Shown here piece after piece: positions 38,229-50,850 of a stretch of DNA of 64,000 nucleotides; the first letter of the stretch is position 1, and every line of letters begins with the position of its first letter. The notes beneath the pieces are model-generated. The model made no database searches, was not told the origin of the DNA, and saw only the letters and a program-made list of their open reading frames with translations. The translations under genes were made by a program, and so were the position numbers. The stretch is from Dendrobates tinctorius (lineage: Eukaryota). The DNA is taken from positions 49,290,001-49,354,000 of the forward strand of contig NW_027361676.1 in the NCBI RefSeq assembly GCF_039654945.1, written 5' to 3'.

Positions 38229-39505
38229 ATTTGAAGTTAAAACAGCTTCCAATCTTTTGGGAAGGAATTAAGATTTTGGGTTGTTTTGGGGAATTTGTGT
38301 CCATTTATTCAGAATAAAATTTGGGAGTTGGAACAATATTGTTGAACAAGAGGCTGTGGCTCTCAATTTCCATTCTTGCGTTTGATGGGATTGAGGTCAT
38401 GCCTCTGTGTGGGCTGGTCATGTTCTTCCACGTCGGAATTGCCTGATTATGCCTTCAAGGACCTTGATATGCTGAAGCATTAACATTTCTCTTTACTGGA
38501 ACTAAAGGGCCTAGGCCGACCCTGAAGAAACCGCCACATGGTATTATCATGACTCCGCCAAAGCTTACAGTTTGCACAATGCAGCCAGGCAGGTCACACT
38601 CTCCTAGCACTCACCAAACTTAGATAATCCATCAGACAGCCATGTGTAAGGCTCACCTTGTGAAGAAAGCCCACAAACCCCAGGCCCAGGTGGGTACATG
38701 AGCACCAGGCATCAGTCTAGCTTTCAGGATGGCACATGGGGAGCAGCAGGACAGATGAGCAGTATTCAGGAATGGAAACACGTAAAGCACGATGTGCACA
38801 GACAGTGGAGGAAACAGAATTAAAGTTTAGGACAACAATCCAAAGCCACTTGTGTATCTTAATGGGCCTTAAAAGGCCTAGGGAGATGATGCCTACCAGC
38901 CTGCAAAGTCTTATGTGGAGCACACATATCCGCAAACCAAGGGGAGGAGAGCCTGGACCTGAGACAGATGTGTAACACCAGGTATATAAGTTTGATTAGT
39001 CACTTCACACCACTAAGACTCTTGGCATTGTGCTTGGTGATGTAACGCTTTCATGCATCTGCTCAGCCATGGAAGCTGCCATGAAGTTCTCAGAGCTTGA
39101 TATCTGTGCTGGTGTTACTGCCAGAGGAGGTTTGGTCTCTGCGGTTATTGAGTCAGCAGAGGGTTAGATATTTTTATTCACTATACGTGTTGGCTCTGTA
39201 AGTCTTCCCTTTGTGGCCAAGTTACTGGCGTTCCTAAACACTTACACCTTTCATTAATACCACTCGCAGCTGATCCTGAAATATTTCGGAGGGAAGACGT
39301 GTAATGATTTGCCTTGTTCCAATGATGACATCCTATAATAGGACTGTACTGGTATCAGTGAGCTCTTTAGCACGCACCATTCTTTCACAAATGTTAGTGA
39401 AGGCAGAGTGTGTGGCGGGGGACAGGATTTTATACACTTGGCAATGGGAGTAAATGGAAGACCATAATTCCGGTGAGTCCCAATCCCAATGTCCTTCTAG
39501 TATAT
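38229..39505 (-). mobile_element. Old degenerate Tc1 relic (its other end probably at 32512-32598)
   Basis: Tc1-like blocks ACAGCTTCCAATCTTTTGGGAAGG, TTGAGGTCA and CAGTTTGCACAATGCAG; interrupted by a solo LTR. Confidence 0.55.
38645..38977. mobile_element. Solo LTR (333 bp)
   Basis: TGTAA...TAACA termini, flanks CCATG/CCAGG (4/5). Confidence 0.6.
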
Positions 39506-40251
39506 ATGCCAAGGACAGGGCCCCTTCACTCGTTGCGGTCAGTGAGCGCTGCAATTTTTGGAGCACCTATCCAAATGCATTGAGAGACCCGCACATTTCT
39601 GGTTAATGGCAGACTAGTGAAACCAGTATATCTGTCGCTGTACGGTGCCGCTCTTGGAGTGGCCAGTATGTTGAGTGAGACATTTCTATAATATGTGAAC
39701 GGTATAATTGCTCCTGAGTGTGTGAATGTTCTGGGCGCGATATCGCTGATTCTGGCTGTGAATCAAGAGACGTATGAATATGCAGATTGATAAGGCGGTT
39801 GAAGAGGGATATTGCGGCTTGTTATCACGCAGTGCTCCAGTTAATTTTAATATACCACCTATTTCTATGATATTAGATTAGTGCTGTGTACAGAAGCCGT
39901 GTGAATGTATACATCCATAAGGAATGAGGAGAGCACATTCATATCCAATGTCCATTTTTCTCACATTCACCGCACTAAGATAAGTAATATGTTGGGCATT
40001 AGTGGGACAGTGAGTCAAGCAGCAAGGGAGGAACATTGCTCACTATTTCTCCTCCTGTTTAGGTGTGGTTTGCCACGCGGCACCCGTCGCTCTTGCAGAA
40101 CTTGTTTGTCTATGTATGTTGTAATCGGAATCTGCCTAATTTTGCATCATAAAGTTTAATAAACTCTAAAAATATCTGGGATGGGTTTTTGGAAGAACCC
40201 AATCATCTGCTGCTCAGCACTGATAGACTTGCTGTTTGAACATTAAGATTG

Positions 40252-40560
40252 CCGTATTTTTCGGATTGTAAGACACATTTTTTTCTCGAAAAAAATGTGG
40301 GGGGGGGGGAATGGGGGTGTATTGTATAATCCGAATGTAGCTCAATTGGGGGGTGGCTGTGGTGAAACGAGGTCCAGGAGGCAGGGCAGTGGAGTGCTGG
40401 AAGCTGTGCGCCCCGGGCAGGGAGGGGGTGGGTGTTCCGGCTTTTGCAAAACGTCGCGAGTCCCTGCACTTTCCATCCTTTTTATTGTGGCGGACTGTGG
40501 GAAAATGGCCGCCGGAGACGGCACATGCGCAGACTGAGACTTCGGCTCCCGAGTCACCAC
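40252..40560. mobile_element. Tigger/pogo-like MITE fragment
   Basis: CCGTATTTTTCGGATTGTAAGACAC terminus with an internal inverted motif TTGTATAATCCGAA. Confidence 0.5.
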
Positions 40561-41488
40561 GATTAGATTTTCACACTGTATTGTTTGCTTTGCCGAAGAT
40601 ACGATCGATATCTTATAGGTCCAGCAAAGTGGGTGGGATTTATAGAAATCTCATGCCCAGTGCTATTTTTTTTTTTTCTTAGGTAAAATAGTACTTATGT
40701 GTTTTTAGTACACTTCTATTGCAGAAGCACACTAAAATGTATTTAATCTACTTATGACTATATCAATAAACTTATGTCAAAGCCAAATACCAGGAAGAAT
40801 CAAAAGCAAAGCAGCTTTATTTAAAACATGACAACCAAAAAGAGACAAAAACCACAGCTTCACGTGATAAAAACCCATATAAAGAAACACTGAAAAATGT
40901 AAGTAACCTTATTTAACCAGTGCGTACAGGAAATCTGCAATATAAAAAAAAAAAATTAATTGTGGAAATGTAATGAACAGTCGTGAGAATGCACTTCACC
41001 CATTTTCTAATAATTCCATTAAGGGTCATAGTTGCTGATACTAATTTACATTTGTTTTCAAGATGAAATGATGCTATCAGGAGACTTCTAATTAGTCTTG
41101 TAGGACTTTTCTCATATGTACTGTCAGACTGTACCTACCGTATAAAGTCATTCACTGCTTACCATACACATTGAAGTTGGCACAACCCTCTCATTTTGGT
41201 GGGAAAAGCTGAACATCTAGTGTTTTTGCCACCTAATCTGAGAGCAGCTTACTGTAGAAACATAGACTCTGATTCCAGTGATGTCACTTACTGGGCTGCT
41301 TGCTGTAGGTTTGATAATTTACTGCTGATAAAACAGTGATTTCATCATTAGAGGACTAGTAAACCTGCTGCCAGGTAGTCAAACATTTTCATGAGGTCTG
41401 TAATACCGCTAGCACCACTGATCAGCAGCTTGCTGTGTAAACTGCATAGGCAGAAAATATCCAATCACTGTTGTGGCTGAGGTTATAC

Positions 41489-41792
41489 AAGGGCTGTGGA
41501 GTCGGTAAGCCAAACCACAGACTCCTGACTCCTCGATGTCCCTGACTCCAACCCAACAGCACTGCCTCACTACTGAGCATGTACATAAAGTGCAGCACAG
41601 ATTCCTCTGCTAAAAGCAGAGATCCTTCAATCAGGAACAGAACAAACATTAATAGGACATTTTATAACTTTCCCAAATTCTTATGGAAACAACATCTACA
41701 GCACTTCCTGCACTGAACTACCATACAGAATTTATTATATATTTTAGAAGTCTGTCAGTCCATTTTATAATGACTCCAACTCCACAGCCCTC
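41489..41792 (-). mobile_element. 304-bp hAT MITE of the 9072-11977 family (single-unit form of the 62-63 kb satellite)
   Basis: AGGGCTGTGGAGTCGG...ACTCCACAGCCCT TIRs; TSD GGTTATAC/AGTTATAC (7/8); interior is the reverse complement of ~62329-62490. Confidence 0.88.
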
Positions 41793-42143
41793 AGTTATAC
41801 AGGGCTCAGAGAACTGCAGCAGATAAAATAATGATTTTATCAAAATGACAGCAAGCGGCCTAGTTATTGATACATATCTGGAATCAAGGTCTCTGTTCCA
41901 ACATCATGTTTATCTTCGATGTGGGAGCAAAGCCTGGTAACAGATTTCCTTTAAGGGGCAGAGTAGACGAGCTAAGAAATTGGATGCCGTGAAATGAGGG
42001 ACTGTTGATTCCCCTCTCTTCAATAAAATAAGTGTGTATCTCTGCTGAGTTTTGAAGAGAGATTTTAGCCATAGCACTTTTATTAAAGGGGTTGTCCTCT
42101 ACTGACAACTCCTGCTTGATCAGTTTTCGACTGTGTGTGTATG

Positions 42144-42148
<5 letters not shown>

Positions 42149-42210
<62 letters not shown>
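42149..42210. repeat. (TA)n microsatellite
   Basis: Read directly. Confidence 0.98.
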
Positions 42211-42214
<4 letters not shown>

Positions 42215-42910
42215 TATGCTGAGTGTATGTATCAAGCCACGCTCACTCCACATAGCTCCACCCACTGGCGGATGAGATCGGGGTTGCAGAAAGTGTGGGA
42301 CGCGGGTGGAGAGTGGAGCTGCGAGGGAGAGAGCGGGATAGTGTGTAGAGAGCAGGGCTGTGGAGGTAGAACGTGATGGCACATGGAGAGCGGGGTTGCA
42401 GAGGCAGAGAGCGGGACAGCGGGTGGGGAGCGGGACAGAAGGAGAGAGCTTGAGAGCGGGACGCAGGTGGAGAAGCTGGGCTGCTGAGGGAGAGAGCGGG
42501 ACTGCCAGTGAAAACAGGCTGCAGAAGGAGAGGGCGAGATGGCTAGTGGAGACGGGCTGCTGAGGTAAATATCAAAGCTGTGGAGGGAGAATGCGGGATG
42601 GCGATTGGAGTGTGGGGCTGCGGAAGGATAGAGCGTGACGGAGGATGGAGAGCTGGGCTACAGAGGGAGACAGTGGGCTGCGGATCGAAAGCGGGGCTGC
42701 TGAGGAAGAAAGCGGGACAGCCAGTGGAGACGGGCTGCGGAGGGCGAGAGCGGGACGGTGGATGGAGAGCAGGGCCTCGGAGGAAGAATGTGGGGCGGTG
42801 GGTGGAGAGCTGGGCTTTGGAGGGAGAGGTGGGACTGTGAGTGAAGAGCGGGGCTGCGGAGAGAGAGCGGGACGGCAATTAGTTACTATGCTCGGGCTTT
42901 TCAGCTAATA
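42211..42910 (+). mobile_element. Purine-rich degenerate repeat, possibly a non-autonomous Helitron-like element
   Basis: Starts TA-run/GCTGAGTGTATGTAT, has recurring GAGAGCGGG units, ends CGGGCTTTTCAGCTA; classification uncertain. Confidence 0.35.
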
Positions 42911-43354
42911 TTGAAATAAAAACTATGCATACTAACCTCCCATACCAGTGCCGTTTAATGATGTTGCTGCTTCTGTTCCCGGCGGGTGATGTGATGTTGC
43001 GTCATATGACTGATGCAGCCAATCAGCAGTCTGCATTCATGTAGTCAGGATCAGATTCGTGCTGACCATGGATTGGGCAGCATGAATTGAGACCGGGTCC
43101 CTTTTAAACACATAAACAGTGCAAATACTAGATGTATCAATACTAGGGAAAACCTTTTCAAAGCACACTCTGAAAGTTTTGTGTTTTAGTACCATTTAGG
43201 GTCTTTGATCAGGCAGACAATTAACCAGACCACTTTATCCAACACTTCAAAAAAAAAAAAAAAAGTTCCCCCCCTTTCAACAAACTTTTCTGATATACTT
43301 AATGTGTGAAAAACAAAGTATAACAGAGCATTACTTGCCCTCCCTAGGTCCAGC

Positions 43355-43515
43355 TTCCAAGCAGAAAACCAGTGTGTACAGGTGCAAACTAAGAGTAGCC
43401 ATCTCCATATATAACTGACAAATATAGCACTACAGAGTGCAACTTCATTTGTTGGTTATATATGGAGAGGGCTACTCTTAGTTTGTACCTGTACACACCT
43501 GTCTTTTGTTTGGAA
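43355..43515. repeat. ~69-bp arm hairpin
   Basis: TTCCAAGCAGAAAAC...ACAAAT / ATTTGT...TTTGGAA imperfect inverted arms around a ~23-bp loop. Confidence 0.85.
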
Positions 43516-45875
43516 GTGATTGTCAGTGTTTTGTTATTTGTATACGTAAGTTCTCTGCGCACTCCACCCCTCAGTTTCTGGCAGTTGTAATCATAGCATG
43601 ATCCTATCTACCCACGGAAATGCAGACTTTAACCTAGGAGAGGATTCACATTAGATAGGTTCCCAACAACGAGAATCGTCTTATCATGGCTGCTGGGTAC
43701 ATGTGAATTGGCCAATTCATATTTCATGGTTTTTATGCTATATATAGCGCTACAAGATCAACTTTATTTGTTGGGGGCACAGTTATGCTATTTGCACATG
43801 TTGAGTTAAATTTCTGCAGCTCTTTGCAGGAAAAACGTAACAGCAAAATCGCACGTTTTTGACTGATTTGAGTGAAGTCAATGGTGAGAAGCGTAGAGAA
43901 ATCATGCACAGAGAATTGACTCGTTGCTGATTAATATCTGCATCAAGTCTGCAAGTCAAAAATAAGCAACGTGTGCCTGATGCTTCAGGTTTCTCACTTA
44001 GCTAGCATAAGGATTGCTTCAAGTTTACCTAGAAAATCTGCAAAGAAAAAATGCACCAAATCTTGAATGTCTGAACACACCCTTACAGTTGCTGCTCACT
44101 ATACACGGAGCGGTGACTAAAGCTGCGCCGGCACTGCCTCTGTGCCTGAAAACCGGATGTTACCGGGAGGAATTCAGTTAATTTTGTTCCTTCAGTGGAG
44201 ATCTAAGTGTGGGCGTTGAGCAGTTTCATAACATTATTAACCTGCACATTAACCCTATGTCTGCGGGCTAATAGCGTTATTTCACATGACAAGTTCCCTT
44301 CAATGTAAGTGCAAAATTGCCCATCCCGGTATGAGTTGAGCTTTAATATGTGTCGTATTCACAGTATATTAGTGAAGAGCTCAGTATTGATGGGTGATAA
44401 TGAGCATACAGGTGACGGTAATTTGTGGATACACAATCAGCCAAGGATCCTCTCGGCCACATCGCGATTTCTGCTGAATGCGACTTTGAAATGTGCTCGG
44501 CTGCTCGGGGTCTCCAGCAGAGTCAGACTTTCTGGAGATCTGCTGCATTTACAGATAAACATGTTTGAGCGCTCTGATGTTTCTTTTATATCTGGTGCTT
44601 TACAGATTTGATCCCAGTATTGGCTTCTTTGATTTATTTCTGTTGCTGATGCCATAAAGTCTTGTCAAGAGTTACTTTGTTAGGAGATAAAATAGCCCGG
44701 CTTGGGTGTTCTGATAGCGATACAAATGCTTGTCAAAGACATTGGAAGAGCTAGAAGATCATTATCCCTCTGGAGCATGGTCCTTATTTACAGAGTAACC
44801 TTTGCATTAAATTTGTTTCTTATAAATCAATAGCCCAAGTAAAAATACGCATTTTAATACTTGTTTTAAGAAAAAAATGCCTTTCTCCTCCTGCACTGAT
44901 ACAATTATTCTCAATTCAGTGGACAAACCTGTCTTCAGTGATCACTGATTTACAGCTTACTCAAGCAAGAGACACCAATTGCTGCCCAAAAATTTCTATG
45001 GAGAAGAGTGGGGTGGTGGGAATGTAGGTGCTCGACAGAGGCCATGTCTGCAAATTGAGATTCTGGTTTCTTATCCTACTTCATATGGCAAGGCTCGTTA
45101 AAGGGTCAATATTAGCTTTTAGGATGGCTACTTACAATAAATGGCACTAGAGTCCTAGTGCTCTTCCTCTCTGAAGAGGCAATTTGCATATTTAATTTCC
45201 CCAAGGATTATTGCAAGGCCTAGAAGCCTCCTCACACTGGCATGTCACTCTCCACAAGGGGAAACGTTACCCCTTAGAACCCAATCACAACCTCTTATGT
45301 AGCCAAATCAGATCTTATGCTTTGCACTCCGAGGCACCATGTCATAAAGGAAGGTGCATTAAAGGGTCCGTAGTGACTTTTAGGATTGTTACTTTCAATA
45401 GGTGGTGCTAGTGTTCTAGTCCTCTTCCTCCAGAAGAGGCAAATGTGGACATTCAGCTGTAAGTTCTCCTGAAATTACAGTTCCGGCTCATTCCCACTGG
45501 CAATGCAATGAGTGTTTCTCTATGGTGCAGCTCACATCTGCGATTATTTTCTCATGCAGATTCGGCATACGAAAAAACTTCCCAGCACGCTGCAATTGCA
45601 CCCGAGAATCGGATCTCACACACCCATATAAGTCTATGGGTGCATGTGAAACTATCGCCCAAGTGCAGTGCGATTCCCGCCGTCAGCAGAGGAGACAGAA
45701 AAATAACTTTCTCCGTCTTTTCCTCAGCTGTGCTCTGATCCTCTCATGCGAGAGCATCAGAGCACTGACACTTGGCTCACGCTGGCAACAGAGCTGGAGC
45801 CGAGTGTCATTAGCATATCGCACCCAAGAATCATCGGATGCCATACGCTAATGGGACCCTGGCCTTACGCTTTAA

Positions 45876-46267
45876 AGGACCCGTCACACTAAGCGATATC
45901 GCTAGCAATATCGCTGTAACGTCACTGGTTTTGTGACGTAGCAGCGATATTGCTAGCGATATCACTATGTGTGATACCTCCGACCGGCTCCCCCGCTGGT
46001 TATCGCTGATCGTGCGAGAACGTCCTGGATCATTTCTCGTCAGGCGCTTCCTGCTGGGCTTTCTGTGGCGCCAACGAGCGACGCGTGGACGCGGGCGGGA
46101 GGACATCAGGATCGCTGCGTCTGACAGGTAAGTAGCGATCCCCGTCCCCAGCGATGTCGCTGGTGAGATCTGCCTGTGTGGCAGCTCACTAGCGACCACT
46201 TAGCGATGCACCAGCGATCCATATCGTTGTCGGGATCGCTGGTGCATCGCTATGTGTGACAGTACCT
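45876..46267. mobile_element. PIF/Harbinger-type MITE
   Basis: TAA|AGGACCCGTCACAC...GTGTGACAGTACCT|TAA. Confidence 0.8.
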
Positions 46268-46342
46268 TAAGGCCCCAAATTATGAAGACTGTTGTCTTTC
46301 ACTCCAGTCTTGATGAAATGTGAGATGCACCAATTCCTTTAA

Positions 46343-47049
46343 CTCCTTCACCCCCTAAGCCTGTTTTCACCGTCCTGACCAGGCCACATTTTACAATTCT
46401 GACCAGTGCCCCTTTATGAGGAAATAACGCTGGAATCCCAATGGATCCTATTGATTCTGAGACTGTGTGTTGACATATTGTACTTCATGACAATGATAAA
46501 ATATTTTAGATATGACTCGCGTTTATTTGTGAAAATATTGGAAATTTGGTGACAATTTAGCCATTTTCAAACTTTGACTTCTTATGCCCTTAAATCAGTT
46601 ATGTCACACAAAATAAATAATAGTTCCCACATGTCTACTTTACATCTGCATAATTTTTTAAATATTTATTTTTAAGTTAGAAGGATTAAAAGTTGACCCC
46701 ACGACTTGTCATTTTTCCAACAAAACTTACTAAACCTTTTTTTTAGGGACTACATTACATTTGAAGTGACTTTGGGGAGCCTATATGACAGAACCCAAAA
46801 GTGACACCATTCTAAAATCTGCAGACCTCAACGTGCTCAAAATGGCATTCAATTAGTTTATTGACCCTTCAGGAGCTTCGCAGGAATTAATGCAGTGTGG
46901 AGGGAAAAAAATGAACATTTTTACTTTTTTAGACAAAGTGTTACCTTGGCTCCAAATTCGGTGAATGCCCCGGCGGAGATGAATCTCGTACAGCTTCTGT
47001 GCTCACAAAATCGCCAGGACATATCCTCACGTACAAGGTCTAGAAAGGG
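46343..47049 (+). mobile_element. piggyBac-like MITE (707 bp)
   Basis: TTAA|CTCCTT...AAAGGG|TTAA; interior matches the left part of 55354-60200 without the arrays. Confidence 0.8.
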
Positions 47050-48616
47050 TTAAATGTGCACTACAGATGCGCAAATAAGACAAAATTCACCTGTTGGCTA
47101 ATTTTTTCTCCTGATATTTGATTTGTAGGACAGTTGTTCTCCATGAATTTAATGTGCCTTATTATGGTTTGGAGTTTTTCCATACCTCAGACCATTATAA
47201 AATGTAAAAAGTTTCAGAATACTTATACTAAACTCTCCGGCTCCCCTACTCCTCACCATCACCCGGTGCTTACTGCATTGTCAGATCACCACTACTTGTG
47301 CTAAAATCCCGAGGCCAGGGCTTCCGGCTTTGATGGGGCCGGGGCGTGTTCTGCGTACACGCGGAACATCATAGCACATGCCTGATGTTGTGACCTTTTG
47401 CGCAGTTGTATAGAAATCTCCAGTGAGAGGCCTGTGGATTTCTGTGTGAGCTGAAGCAATCTGAAGATGTAGCGAGGACAAGTCAGGTGATATGGAGGGG
47501 CCAGATAGGTAAGTAGTGAGGATTATTATCATTATTTATTTTGGTGGCCGGCAAGCAACCATCATTCTGCTGAGTCTGCACTTTAGTGAATTACAAAAGA
47601 ATCCGCATTTTGGCTAATGAAGATTTTTGTAGAGTTCAATTCCACTTAAATTTATTTGCTTCTCTCTATTGTCCACATGAAAATTTGATGCATCTTTCAA
47701 CTGTTGTGTACTATTGCCTTAAATGTATGTCAGTCGGGGGCTCGCATACATTTATGTAATTGATGCCACTATTGTGGCGGGAATTATGATGACTATGTTG
47801 GCCACGCACCATCCCACCCAAATTTCGCCCACTTTTCAAAAAGTTGGTGGAACTACCAGAAATGTTACAACTTTTTTGCACAGTTTCAAGTTGTTCTTAA
47901 AAACTGCGACATTTCAAATAGTTTTTTGCCAGAGAACTTGGTTATGAATTTGGGTCTAGCTAGGTATTAAAGCTAAAGTGCAAAGGTTGGAAAGTTTTTG
48001 AGTAAAACCCTACAATAATGTCATTAATATAACTCCTCTATGTTCTTAAATTTTTCCGAAGGATCTCAGGAGTCGACATATGTAAGATAAAGCGGTGATT
48101 TTAATTCGGACACTCTTCCGAACTTCCTGCCACTAATCCTCCAGCCTCACTCATGTATTAGTGTTTCATGTACGTTTTTGATCCGCCTTTTTTTTGTTGT
48201 TGTTTTCATTGAAGCTAGAACATGTTCCATTTATAGCTTAAACTCGCCCATTCAAATGAATAGGTCCACAAAAAAGAAAGTTGCAATATAGGGCTTGTCC
48301 ATTTGTCATCGACTAATGCTCGGAGAAGCGTGAGATACTGCCATCAATTTTTTGCGGATGCCACCAGTATGGTATAAATGACCAAAATAGGAGGAAAAAT
48401 GGTTACATATTTCAGCATGAGAAAAATAACGTATGAATTAGGCCATACTCTCTCCTGGAGGTTTGGTTTACAAAGAAAAATGGGGTCATGTCGGCTACAC
48501 AGTACACTTAGATGTCAATAGGGGTAGCGGTCACTGGGGAGCGCCAGTAAAGTAAGTGGCGTGGGGAATGATCTACTGCAGCTCCAGCCGTACACCTCCA
48601 ATGGAGGATAGTAAAC

Positions 48617-48844
48617 TTGGACAAAGAGACTGAACGGTCAGCCGAGCGCTAGGAACACAAGGACAGACAATTGTTTCTTCTTTAGCCCACAACACGTTTT
48701 GACGGTAACCCCGTCTCCATCAGGTGGCAGTTTCCACCTGATGAAGACGGGGTTACTGTCGAAACGCGTTGTGGGCTAAAGAAGAAACAATTGTCTGTCC
48801 TTGTGTTCCTAGCGCTCCGCTGTCCGTTCTTTCTCCTTGTCCAA
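48617..48844. repeat. 111-bp arm fold-back with inverted hammerhead pair (Penelope-like relic)
   Basis: Arms 48617-48727 and 48734-48844, 6-bp spacer CAGTTT. Confidence 0.9.
48734..48774 (+). ncRNA. Minimal hammerhead ribozyme motif
   Basis: CCAC-CTGATGA-a-GACGG(ggtta)CTGTC-GAAACGCGTT-GTGG; helix I CCAC/GTGG; the minus-strand mirror copy has core mutations. Confidence 0.82.
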
Positions 48845-49569
48845 ACACAATAAATCTAAACTCATACAGACAAATAGAGCGCTGCAACATCATCAGACAC
48901 GTTTTGTTACTTTTCTAAAGTTAGACATTTCAGAAGGTGACCTAGGTGGAATCACTGGAATACTTGTTTGCATGACGGCTGTAATTAGCTTAATGAAAAG
49001 AAACTGCAGTCTCCCCTAATTAATATGAATGTTCATAATTAATAAGCTATTTAAATAAAAAATTACCATCTTGTGTTAGCATTGCAGCCTGCTCCGACTT
49101 TACTTTTAAATATTGATTATTCTGGGTTTTTATTGTAAGATTTAATTTCCCTTAAGTTTAATTAAGGATGTGTTCCTTTCACTGTGAAGATGCCCGATAG
49201 CGACCTAGTCTGCGTCTTGCATCCCTCCTCCCACTCGCTGCAGTTGGTCTTTATTATTCTCTGCAATAAAATGTTTTCCGTGAAACCTATAAATGGAACA
49301 ATGCAGGTGGAAGAATATATGGAAGCTTTTTGTGCACGCAGGCGCTAGTAAAATTGTTCTGGACAGATTTCTTAAAGCGTAAAAGGCAAATTGCTTCACA
49401 TTTTAAAACTTTTGACTGCCTACTTTTATGCCATGAAACATCATTCATCTGTACATTTAGTTCTCACAAATCTGCTTTAATATTATTTGCCTTGATATAA
49501 AAAGTTGTAAAACTGTAGAGTATGCAACCTTGTGTCCAGGACAATTTATATGTCTCAGGTTGTTTTTAA

Positions 49570-49962
49570 AGGGGACCTGTCAGCAGGTTTCTGCTGTGTA
49601 ATCCTAGGACAGCATAAGGTAGGTGCTGAGACACACCATAAGTGACACATCCCTAAAAAACTGCGCTGTTGTTTCCTTACAGTGAGTGTTTTATCACCAG
49701 GAGATAACCATTGCCTGGCTAGCCACTTTTCAAGTGGCTGGATTATGCCCCCTCCTCTGATTAGCAGCTCAATAAACAATGTACATAGAAAGCTGAGGTG
49801 TGGGTGGGGTTAGCATTCTGAGCTCTGCTGCATGCTACATCTAAAAACTCAGTGTCACAACCCCTGCACCCAGTAAACTATGTGGAATCGCTGGAATCAG
49901 GGTGTCTTTTCCTACATAATGCTGTTCAGATGAGGTAGCAAACACTTGGTGACAGATTTCCT
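49570..49962. mobile_element. Kolobok/T2-type MITE
   Basis: TTAA|AGGGGACCTGTCA...TGACAGATTTCCT|TTAA; related pieces at ~23.6-24.1, ~41.3-41.95 and ~44.3 kb. Confidence 0.82.
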
Positions 49963-50139
49963 TTAAATACAACCTAATTTTCTCTTTAACCTTTAAATAG
50001 CAAAAAGATTGGAATAGGAAAAATATTCATCTAAAATGCTGAAGTGATAGAAATTAGCCAAAATTACCTACAGTATGAAATGAATGTACAAGTGCAATAC
50101 ACTTTGACTGTACTACGAACATGTGTGTGTATGATATAC

Positions 50140-50850
50140 AGTACCGTGAAGCATTTTTCCCCCAACTGCTTGCAACTTTTCTAAAGTAAGCTTGGTTTCA
50201 CAAATAAAAGTTTGAATAGTTTATTTTTATCAATTAACAAAATGCAATGTGAATGAACAACAGAGAAATCTAAATTGGAACTTGGTGGGTAGATTGCTGC
50301 AAACATCTTGGAGAGCTTACCTGAGACCTTCCTGGGCTCTCTCGGGGCCATGTCATTACATTCAAGACCTCTTGCTCTTCTTTAAACTGAAGCTGATTCT
50401 TGATGACATTGGTATGATGTTTGCGATCGTTGTCCTGCTGCGAAATAAATTGGGATATCTGCACTGAGTACTCTATTTATCTTGAACAAATTCCCAGCTT
50501 CATTTAATGAAACTTGCAATGAACCTCGTCGATGCTTCTCTTTTTGCTTGTATACATTCAGTATTGTACCATTCTCCAGTAATTCGGAGAAAAAACTGCT
50601 CTCCGTTTGCAAATAAATATTTCACATTTTGACTCCTCAGTTCAGAGCACCTGCTGCCATTTTTCTTCACCGCACTTCTTATGGCTTCATGCTTGTCGAG
50701 TCACTTGGCTTCCTTCCCATGTCGAATGTATGGTATTTGTCCACATTTCTTCTTTGAAGACCACTTCTAGCCAGACTTTCCCAAATATTTGATAGGTGTA
50801 GCTTATTCCCACCGGTAGCTGGCAGTTCTTCAGCGTTGGCCCTTTTCTTT
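50140..50850 (-). mobile_element. Highly degenerate Tc1 relic
   Basis: Minus-strand QQDNDRKH...MTWPRESP resembles the Tc1 catalytic region. Confidence 0.55.

Noticed and set aside
45165-45200. CTGAAGAG as a hammerhead core
   Set aside because: No helix II or GAAA box follows.
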